Positions 53,001-64,000 of a stretch of DNA of 64,000 bases are shown here, in pieces. Under the pieces are notes generated by a model. The model searched no databases and was not told where the DNA came from. It was given only the letters and a program-made list of their open reading frames with translations. The position numbers and the translations under genes were made by a program. Position 1 is the first letter of the stretch, and every line of letters starts with the position of its first letter. This DNA is from Dicyema japonicum (Eukaryota > Animalia > Dicyemida), in the NCBI GenBank assembly GCA_011109175.1, contig RDEW01000051.1:56685-120684 (forward strand). The letters run 5' to 3'.

Positions 53001-53131
53001 GCAAAGCAGGAGATCCCACGCTTCCAAGTTCTGACAAGCCGACAGGACAAACACATCTCAATTGACTTGGCTGGTACCTTTTTCTTCGAAGTGCGAACAT
53101 TCTTTTCAGGTGCTTTTCTCACAACAAGCAT
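50077..53131 (-). mobile_element. Near full-length degenerate CRE-clade retrotransposon: PHD finger + RT + zinc knuckle + RLE
   Basis: PHD at 52916-53053. RT motifs SGVRLVAV, QVGVGIRLGCEAAVH, KLDIKFAFNSL, WHLVDAVLGG. LRLGLKVCAPH knuckle region. RLE RWDGKLPNG...EKMKREKY...AVETSG with the catalytic PD decayed to PN. Confidence 0.85.
51266..51367 (+). mobile_element. SINE-like family B, copy 3 (internally deleted), inserted in the CRE element
   Basis: TSD TAA(T/C)AGTCGTTT at 51254-51265 and 51367-51378, (TTA)n tail, 5' inverted repeat CACTCGTCA...TGACGAGTG. Confidence 0.85.
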
Positions 53132-53559
53132 AATCACAACAACGACCGTTCATGCTTAAAGAACAGAAAAATCTTCAAAAAGCAATATTTAGTGAATTTA
53201 TCAGAAAGATGGGAAATCATTATAATTCATATGTCCCTATCGAATCATCATATAAAACATTTAAGCTCATCTTTAATGTATGCCATGATCCGAAATTGGC
53301 AATATTATATTACTTTCCGGATTGACCAAAATGTTTCAAAATGGCCACTAAAGAAAGTACAAGTAACGCTTAAGAAAAACGTGTATTTAAAACTTATATT
53401 CTATGATTTAAATATTAAATCAAATAATTTATTAAAATAATTAATATTTTTACTAATTCATTCATTTTTTGGTTCAATAAAATTAATTTAAAAAAAAAAT
53501 TAATCTCATTCCTTGTGACACAATCGAGGCCAATAAACCAGACAACATTCCTGTTATTT

Positions 53560-54880
53560 ATTAAAAAATCTTGGAGACAGGGGAGTCATTTTTCTAACGT
53601 CGATTTTCAACTATTAGATAAACCAGAATGTGATACCATTATTATGGAAACAGGCAATAATACGGCCAATACTAAAACCAGGAAAACTGAGAGATAACTC
53701 AGCGTCTTTTAGACAGGTGACACTACTATGTTTCATGTCAAAAATCCTGAAGAGGCTTGTGCTCGGGAGAATAAAAGAATTTTTACCAGAGAGGCCTCTT
53801 CAAAATGGATTCAAAAATGAGAGATCCACGTCTACATACCTACAAACATTGACCGACTTTATTCGAGTCGAATTCACAACTAAGCTGAAACACTTTAAAA
53901 CAGTCATCTGCTCGATTGACATACATAAAGCTTTTGACTCACTCTGGAGGAAGATTCTATCAATCGGAGATCCTATCAATATTTCAATCGGAGATCCCAG
54001 GGAAGCTACAGCTTTGGATCACCAACTTTCTAAGTGGACAAAGGGGACATGTTTGCCTCTGAAGTCTGAAATCAATTTCACGCTCCTCCCCAACGGAGTC
54101 CCTCAAGGATCTCCTTTATCCCTGCTCTGTTTAACCTCTATCTGGCTGATTTCCAGAATTTTGAATCTGATAATGATGTTCTACTTTCTTATGCGGATGA
54201 TATTGTGTTGTCTTCGCGAGATCAAACATCCAGAAGGCCACAGAAAGAATACAAATTAATCTTGACAGGCTTAATGCCTGGATAATGGAAAACCGGATCG
54301 TGGTGAATGTAGAAAAATCGTCTACGTTATTATTTACTTCTGACAAAAGATTGGGAAGGAAGACAGTTTCCTTGAAGTTAAACAAGGTCGGCATATTTTT
54401 CAACAGATGTCAAAAAATCTTGGGTGTGACAATTGATATGCATTTCTGTTTAACATCTCAAGAAAACATTCTATTGAAATGCGAGAAAAAACTGATTGAA
54501 AAGTTTATCGGGAATATGGAAGAGTGGTACTCACCCAGTCTTGATGAACGTGTACAAACAGTACATCGAGCCATGTTTCTCATATGCATACGCTTCGTGG
54601 AGACCGTCCATATCTTGGACAAATATGAGGAAAATTGAGGAAATGCCATAGAGGGCTTACAAAGTAACGGAGCGTTGGATTTGTGAAGATCACAGAACCG
54701 GACCTACGCCTCTGGAAGCCCTTATGAGACTAGACTTCAGATCACGGGAAGGTGGCCTTGAAAATTCAGGCAGCCGTTTTGTACGTTTATGCGCGGGCAC
54801 GAAGGAAGAACATAGGGCAAAGATAAGGTCTCTGTTAAAACGTCATAATTAGTTTGGTTTTATCGTAGTTTTGAGTTAAA
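53560..54880 (+). pseudogene. Decayed APE-type LINE RT region and 3' end
   Basis: WKQAIIRPILKPGK...SFRQVTLLCFMSKILKRL, QNGFKNERST, IDIHKAFDSL, GVPQGSPLS. Confidence 0.85.
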
Positions 54881-54924
54881 AATTCAATAAATCTCATTCC
54901 CTTGGTCTTTGGAATAATTTTAAT

Positions 54925-55110
54925 TTACTTTATCTCATTCGACAAGGATGTATCAGACTTAGAACTGTCGTACGAAAGATTCCCGTTAATATGTGCGAGT
55001 TGGTCACACTGGGTGAAATAAGGAGCAGTCCTCAGGACATATGCAAGCCTCTGTATGTTGAGACTGTTTTTCAGAAAAAATATCAAGTAAACACAAGCGG
55101 TCTTCATGGA
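54925..55110 (-). pseudogene. CRE-like remnant
   Basis: FFLKNSLNIQRLAYVLRTAPYF parallels LFLLKNSNNVQRLVFVLRIAPY at 50939-51268. Confidence 0.6.
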
Positions 55111-55687
55111 TTGAGGAAAGTAAACATCTGTTAAATTATCTGTGACGCCGAGAATGGTGGAGGTTGTTCATATTCACCGTAGTCGTACTCTCTAACATTT
55201 TCGGTGTTATTAATGATTGAATATTAAAATTACATAAACCCACGTATTTCCACGTGCGTAAGGATCATCTTTCGGAAACTGTGGCTACGATTTCTCCAAA
55301 TGTTATCTCCCAGAGATCACCGATATCATTTCAGTGATTCAACTTATTCTTGGCTGACCCCCGCCGGGAAATGAAAACAATATCCTCATTATTTACGCCA
55401 GGATATCCAGTCTCCATGACTCGTCTTGACAACCTGAGTCTTCAATATTCTTAATATTCCATTGGACAGAATTTGTTGGATTCAAAACAACTCCCTTGAG
55501 TATACATTCAGCTCTCAATGCGGCACTCTTGAATTACCTCCCTTTGTGTCTTTTGGGCTATTTCCCTTTGGTAGAGATCTTACTCGTTACCATCTGATCT
55601 TCTTTTGACTAAGAACTTCTCCATAGAACAGTATCAAAAATCCCAGGACGTGACACTTGCAGGTAAAAAAAATCAGCTTGTTCTTGC

Positions 55688-55873
55688 TTGCTTCAGATCG
55701 CCGTATGTCGAGAACAACTGTTGTTGAGTAAACGCATCCAGTCCGTCGGTACTCTGCTGGATAACGTTAGATTACGCATTGGGCTCAATGCAAGCGATCC
55801 TCACACGTGCTGTTGTGGAAAAATTGTCTACCGTAAAAGGATTCACCCTCTCACTGATCCATCGACGGTATAA
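55688..55873 (+). pseudogene. CRE-like zinc-knuckle remnant
   Basis: VRLRIGLNASDPHTCCCGKIVYRKRIHPL matches the LRLG...C.CG....G.H pattern. Confidence 0.55.
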
Positions 55874-56296
55874 TTAAACATGGCCTGAGTTTTCTGTTTT
55901 TTCAGTTATCGCTGTGGACAGCTGAGATGGGTTGATAATCGCCAAATTTTCAAACTTAAGATCTCTAGTATGGAATACAACGTGCATCGACACCTCGTCT
56001 GTTTCTCATCCTCTATCTTTGCCAGTTTGAAGGAGTTGTTAATTTGCAGTAAGGTAGAGATGGTGACACACTTCTATTGCACGGAATGTCCACTTAGTTT
56101 CACGATGGACTTCTTCCTTCTCGTGAGCATGGACAAGATAATGAACTCGAGTAACATCAGAAACAGTAAGTTCTGACTGTGTAAGGCAGCTATATGCTGA
56201 TTAGGCTGAATATTACCGATAAAAGCGTATCTACTTTACAAACACTTGAATTACAGCTTTAATAGTAAATATGGTTATCGATTAGAGACAAGATAA

Positions 56297-57584
<1,288 letters not shown>

Positions 57585-57609
57585 TTCAAATTGTTATTTC
57601 GATTAAAAG

Positions 57610-57887
57610 GGCGGTTAATTTTAATAAAAACAACGGGAATACCGGAAAGAGGTTAAGATTGGGAGATATCCAGTTCCCACGGTAGGAGTAAGACTTGTCT
57701 TTATCTAGCACATCGTCCATCCATACCCGTCATTTTCGGAACCCCTCCATTGGAGTAGGGACGAGAGATTTCTTTTTTGGATGCTGGCCAGGCACTGGAC
57801 GCCTCTTAGCATTTGAATTATGAGAAGAGGAGTAAGGATTCCTCCAACCGATACATACCCGGTCGAAGGGACTGGGGGATAAATAAA
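57610..57887 (+). mobile_element. Short retroposon-like repeat family A, copy 2, 26 bp upstream of the protease ATG
   Basis: Inverted homologue of 35871-36140; ends GGGGGATAAATAAA. Confidence 0.75.
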
Positions 57888-58329
57888 TGACTTTCTCATT
57901 TTTCACAGATTGCTGAGCAACAAATAACAAAAATGAGTTACAGAATTCCTTCCATTCGAGGGTTCTACAACCTTCTCCCAAAGGTCCCATTACTAAAAGG
58001 CCTTTGATTAATAATATCTAGGGTCATTTACATTCGTATCCAAGAACACCAATAATTAATTTAATTACATAAATTAAGTGATCACACAGACTAAATCAGA
58101 TTTCTCATTTTCTCCTTCTGGGATCCAACGCAGCTTCTCTGTGGGGGATTATTTGGGAATAGGAGAGTTGGTAATGATATAGTCCAAAAAGTCACTGGCA
58201 ACTAAGTCTTACATAACACCTATTATTTCAAGATACAAGATGAAGAAGAAACACGAATTGAAGGAGTTCATTTTTTCACGTTTAACAAAAATTGGTTAGA
58301 TAAAACGGTTTTCTGCACAAGAGGGTTGG

Positions 58330-58490
58330 TTGAGGTTTAGGGTTAACAGTTAGAAGTAAGGTTTGATTAGGGTTATGTTGAGAGTTAACTTTTAGGGCTA
58401 GGGACTATGCTAAAAGTTAACTTTAGGGTTGGGGTTCTTGGTCTTTAGTCACAGTTCGGGTTTTGGGATTTTTTAGGATTAGTGTTTTTA
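58330..58490 (+). repeat. Degenerate interstitial telomere-like (TTAGGG) tract
   Basis: TTAGGG at 58337, 58367, 58392 and 58423, plus CTAGGG, TTGGGG and TTCGGG variants. Confidence 0.55.
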
Positions 58491-59183
58491 AATTTGTTTT
58501 GTGATCACTGACCCTGTTTCAGATCGCTATTTTAGTGTAACCTTAATCGCATGCATAACCGTAATGATACGTGAAATTAAACAACAACCTCGCCCGTGCA
58601 CTTTATTGTTCATTTATCTTAGATTGAGATTAAGTTGACAGAGCTTATGAAGCAACGCTCGGTAGAACTCAAGGAGAAAAGGCGTAGAGGATACTTTCGA
58701 GCCAAAAACCAAACTGGACACTTGTTCTTGAGGATTGGAACAAGATATCAGTAGCTCACAATCTAACCCATAAAAATGTATGGGTAAGTGAGAGCTATCA
58801 TTTCAAGAGTGAGATGTTTATTCCAATCTTATCACTTTTTTATAGTCAGAGTATGTGGGGAAGATGATTTATTCTACATTCTTGGGTATTTTCCAATGTC
58901 AGTTAAAACTAGTCAAACACTTCACCTCAGATAAAAATCATCATTCGAGTTCAGATTGAAATCTTACGAATTCATCAGACTGATTGTAGCACATGTCTTG
59001 AAGATGAGTTCTAATTAGAAATGCATAATTCTAAGGTCAAACAATCCATACAACCAGAAACTTTCCTCAAATCTATAAAAAAAACTTGAGCAATGAGTAT
59101 CGAAAAAACAAATGTAGTATTTATTAACAAAAGAGTTATGGATTTTTTCTGAAGGGTATTAAATCTGAGTCCAACCATAAGTC

Positions 59184-60325
59184 TTGGATTCCACCATGAG
59201 GCCAGATGTGGAACTTAGAACGCGGCGTCATGCGGTTAAGCTGTTGTTGTGTCGCTCAGTGCAAGTTCTGCATGGAAGAGAACCGTTCGACTTTCTCTAC
59301 CTTTCTGCGATGTTCAGAAGGGTAGCCTACCAAATAAATAAAGATGTTATCAAAGATGTCTTCTTGAGGTTCAACATATCTCATTTGGATTGGGCCCACT
59401 ATGGGGTCTTCATATCCAATAATTTGTGTGTTCTACCGAGAGAGTTTTCCACCATAGAAGATACTAATACTTCAAGTCGACAAGTCACGAATCTCATGCA
59501 GTCATATCTTAATGCACGAAGGGTTTTCTCAAAGAATACTCATTATTTTGTTTCGCCCATTATCAGGAGGTTAATTCGTGGTAGGAATTGCCTAATAGCA
59601 AATTTAGGCTTTGTGTCGACAAAACAGACGGGGGAATCTAACGACAGAATCATGAAGAAGGCAAAAAGCAGTATATGGATGGATGAAACGGACTGTATAT
59701 GGAAGGCTGAGAAAATTGATGTAAAAATCCCTCTTTTTGGAAATAATATTGGAAGGTAATGTGTCAGGAGTTGGGGGCAGAAAATATTATATTAAATAAA
59801 CCAGATGGGGGTGTTTGATGACAAAGAAAACAACTTCGATATTCAGGGACCAGCGCACAAATTCAGGGTGTAGATCGTGGAGTTTGATCCCGGGTGACAA
59901 AAAGAAAGTGTGTGCTAATATATTGAAATACTCCAACGAGGAACTGCCTACACACAAAACACTTAAGGGGGCGAAAGAGTTGGATTTTATGGAAGATGCA
60001 GCGTACGAAATAAATATAGACGGATGCATTTCTCTCCAGTTGCTTCGAAAACGTGAAAGACCCGCGAAGGACTCTGGTTGAAGTGGAAATGGTGATGATC
60101 AGTGGGAACGCCTTCGCAATCGTGGAGTCTCGATCCGTATGGGTGGAAAGACAACCTCCATTTTTGATTTATTTTACCACAAGTACACAGAGGAAGATGA
60201 AAGTTAACAATGATTCCAGGATTTTTGAAGTAAAAAGTATCTCCGGTGTTCCTCCAATGTCCCCACTGCCGATTGTAACTACGGCATTAAGGGATTTTAC
60301 AGGTGTTAGTCTTGTAGAACGTTGA
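59184..60325 (+). CDS. Hypothetical protein (three colinear ORFs, probably one gene split by mini-introns or indels)
   Basis: Adjacent same-strand ORFs of 191, 88 and 90 aa; GTAATG donor-like site at the first stop. No motif recognised. Confidence 0.35.
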
Positions 60326-60451
60326 GATTTCGGATCTTAATTCCGACCAATAAAACTACCTCCAATCGTTGCATGGAATCTAAATGTAGCTATATTTATT
60401 TTAAAAAAGTTTTTAAAAATTAAAAATTATTAATAAAAATTTGAATTCATA

Positions 60452-62246
60452 ATGAGTCTTGTTAGATTACTAACGAAAAGTACTAAAACTGTACGAATTT
60501 GCACAAATTTAGAATATTTTGAATAGCCGGAGTGCCCATTTCAGCCGAAAACTCAAGAATAACAAAAATAAAATTATATTATTCTCTTCCTTGCTGGCAA
60601 TTGGGGGAGTTTACTCAACAAACTACAAAGAGATCAACGGGGCTTTAGAAGAACTCCAGCTAGGTTACAAAGACAACCCAATAATGAAATATTTTGCCTA
60701 TCCAGCGATCTCTGACCAGCCACGTGCACAAAATACAGTCTCCTTGGAGAAAACCCCTCTGAAAATTTTGGATCCGAAGTCCGAGGTCCGAGATTTGCTA
60801 GAATTTGTCGAGAAGAGCGTCGAAGACGCTGAAAATGCAGTCTTCACAGCTCAGGACAACAAATTAAGGACGAAAGAGACCCTCCTCGGAGTTCTATCTT
60901 CAAAAAGCGGAGAATCTGGCAAATGTCTTCATAAATGCAAGCAAGACAGCCAAAAGTCCCTTCAAACCGCCCAAAGCAAGCTAAACTCCGCAATGTACCT
61001 TAAATGAGGATTTCAGGATCTGTTTTGATAATTTAAACGAAAAAAGTGCCAAATTTCCGGAAAATGACGAAAAAATTAAGAAATTGCGGCAAAAGTTGGA
61101 TAATTTAGAAAAATCAGTACATTTTTGATAATTTCCAGCTCAAAAGTGACCAGGCTTTAGACCACGTGACAGAAATGAGAAGAGATGCTGAACTGTATTT
61201 TGACAAGACCGCGGAAAACTTGGAGGACATCAAGAAAGGCTTTGTTGACCAGAAAATCGACTTTTTGAGAGAGAAGTGCTCACAGAAACAGCGGATCAGT
61301 CAGAAGCTGGGCGACCTCGAGAAGTCCATCCTCAAGGCACGTGACAACACCATCAAACAAATAACTGATGAAAATTATGCTGCCTTCTCTGAGAAAATAG
61401 AGATCCTCAACCAAATAGCGGCCTTGGAGATCGAAAAAAACACAGTTGAACGACACGAAAGGCTGAGGTCTGCAGCTGACTTGGAATTATCGAGGAGATT
61501 GGAGAAGAATAGTGAGGTACTTCGACAGGAAGGTCAGACTTACTTACAAGACCAGTCTTCCAAACGCTCGGCTGCCTACTCAGAGGAGTTAAAAGAGCGG
61601 GAAAATTTGTTCTTTTGTTGTGAGTCATTGAGAAATGGTTTGTTTTTGAGTTATACTCCAGAGAAGATCTTGTTGAAGGAATCGATCCCAACTTATATGA
61701 AGATTGCAGAGATTTGTGAAACTGCTGAGGATAAATTGGAATTTGGGGTTAAAGCTGATTTTGAGGAGTCGCTGGAGGAACTGAGGACTCTGTGTAAAGG
61801 AAACGACTATTTGGAGTCGATTATTCCTTCGACACACGTGGTTTCTCTGCAGGAGTTGCAGGCGAGGTTGTGATTGGGGTATTTTCAGTTTTTGGAGTAC
61901 GAGTAGGATGAGTTGGAGAGTGGTCCCTTTGGGAGAAAGGAAGGAGTATGGACTGCTAGATTACTTGGTGTCCTTAGTCCACTCCTTATTGGTGGTGGAC
62001 TCTGTGTCTGATGTTAGTCACGTGGTTGATGGTGATATGTTTTGCTACATTGGGTGTGCCAAGGAGTACATGAGGAAGGGTGATGTCATGAGTGCTGTGA
62101 GGTTGATGGGAAACCTGAAAGGAGAGGCTGGAGTAGTGTCATCCACGTGGGTGACTGAAGCGTTGAGGTTTTTGGAGATGAGACAGGCCATTAACGTGAT
62201 CAATGCGTATGCCCGTTATAACGTGAAGATTGCCAGTAATTGTTGA
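60452..62246 (+). CDS. IMMT: MICOS subunit MIC60 / mitofilin
   Basis: Four 22-nt introns (60491-60512, 60995-61016, 61117-61138, 61867-61888) join all ORFs in frame. Basic N-terminal presequence, TM segment, coiled coil, and mitofilin C-terminus AKEYMRKGDVMSAVRLMGNLKGEAGVVSSTWVTEALRFLEMRQAINVINAYA. Confidence 0.9.
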
Positions 62247-63405
62247 CAAACTAATATTATTGTTTGCACTTACTTGGGGACAAGTAATTAAGTTCCTGAC
62301 GTCGTTTGGTTTTTAGATTTTTTGTGACGTCATAGACCCACCTGAGATGCCTAGTGTTTGGCTGGATGCGGTTTCAGTTTTTAGTCGTTTTTTTCACATC
62401 TCAAGATTTTTAGAAAGGTTGCACGTGGTTAGCCATGAAATACCAAATGATCTTTTATGCCGTAATGAGTGGAGTAACAGGATATGTCGAATTGACACCA
62501 TAGATCTTCATTGGTATCCGAACTGACGAGTTGACTTGCAGTTTATTAGGTTGACGATGAAAAATCATACTTTTATACATACTAGGTCAACAATTTAATT
62601 GAATTTTAAGGTCATTTTTAATTTTAACGGAAATATTTCGGTTTTTCTGGTGATTACATTTCTCATCTGTTCACTTCTCGAACGAGCTAACCTATAAGAA
62701 CCATTTTATAGAAACGTAAGATGCTATATAAGAAGTTCTTCGAGAGTCGACTTATCTACGTGGCATTTTTCTATATTTCACATGAGAGTAGTTACGTGTC
62801 ATAGCTGAGTGATGTTACAAACCAAAATACCTACACCCACTATTGGATGCTTTCATGGACGGACTAGTAATAGATACAAATCATCCCTCTTACATCACAA
62901 TGGTCAGGAATGTTCGCGATTCATAAGAGATTTTTGAATGCAATCTACAAATAGAACACCAATATGTGTATCACGACTTAAACAGGACACTATAACACCA
63001 GGAGAAAATAATAAATGTATATGCTCTTTAAAGTGAAAGACTATATTATCTATTTTCTGTTTTAGCAGTTTATTGATGGAAGACAGTGTTTCCCCGCTAT
63101 ACCTACAGCTGTCTCAACAACAATACCATGGAGAGATCCGGTCCAAGGCCCCTTCGCACTTCTATTTGACATTCTCAATGGCGTATAACATGTTCACCCA
63201 CTCGACGATGTTTGTAGAAGAAATGGGTCCAATGCACGTGATCTTCCATATCAAAGACCTCCCCTCTCCAAACGAAAAGATCGTAATTCAGTCCGACCGC
63301 TTTCCCTTTAAGAGATGAAGACACTCTGCGCAATACAAACACTTGACCATCTCAACCCCCAACCACGTGGCTAACACCATGAGCACAAAAGTCAAAGAAT
63401 ATTTA

Positions 63406-63927
63406 TTAGCAAACGAGAAAGTCCAGTGTTAGTGATAAATAATCTAAATATAAAGGGCAGAAAAGCAATCCGTCATAAACTAAGCCAATCACACTCAAAA
63501 TAACCCTCTCATAGTTGACGAGCCTTTTGGAATCACCCGCGTTGCCCCATTCATTGAAGATTCGGAAGGAGTCCATCACCAACTTCTTAATAATTGTAAA
63601 TTGATCCAATTTTAAGCAGTCTTTGGAGATTCTCATGCAAAAATTCACAAATTCATTCATTCTTGATCAAACAGGCCATTTACCTGTAAAATCCCAGGGT
63701 TTTGAAGAACTCGCAAAGCTGGGGGCCGGAGATACTGTACCTATTCGTTGAAAATCTAAATTCCACAGAGACACGGACAACCTGTTGAAGTCATGGGCAC
63801 ATTCAGTCACGTATTGCTTGAGCATAATGAAATCATCCATATTCAGTCTTTCCGGACTAAAACGGTAATTTTGAATTTTACTGATTACGGGAAAATTTAC
63901 GAACAAGTAGCTGGCAAATATGGTCAC
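63406..63927 (-). CDS. Hypothetical protein fragment(s)
   Basis: Two abutting minus-strand ORFs with a possible 22-nt GT-AG intron at 63662-63683 that does not restore frame without an extra base. Confidence 0.3.
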
Positions 63928-64000
63928 TGAAAGGCTGATTGTCCATGTTCATGAGTCCGGGCTGCAGTTCCCTCCACGTGATATAGCCTGACCTGTCGGT

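Overview
Eukaryotic (animal-like) genomic DNA from a compact, probably parasitic genome. It has very short introns (mostly 21-29 nt, modal 22 nt), a mitochondrial MIC60 gene and animal-type CRELD, bHLH and ELM2-SANT genes. A myxozoan- or dicyemid-like host is my inference, not proven. The window has three zones. (1) 1-14781 is an AT-rich satellite of an ~84-bp monomer arranged as a 4-mer (~332 bp) higher-order repeat, then a 7-mer (~590 bp) one, with disordered edges. (2) 14782-29911 is a nest of mobile elements: a full-length TSD-flanked R4/Dong-like RLE retrotransposon, an older relative it landed in, a second family with a 2.36-kb internal triplication, a CRE-clade fragment, and a Buster-type hAT deletion derivative. 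Most of the nest sits between inverted copies of a ~120-bp double-hairpin motif. (3) 30-64 kb is a genic zone (CRELD-like, USP, bHLH, MTA/RERE-like, TRAPPC6, cathepsin D-like, MIC60) mixed with decayed LINEs, a PHD-bearing CRE element, a MULE and two short retroposon families. The palindrome CACGTG is strongly over-represented in this zone. Several frameshifts are single-base losses in homopolymer runs and are probably assembly errors. No rRNA, tRNA or CRISPR was seen. All calls were made by eye; no searches were run.
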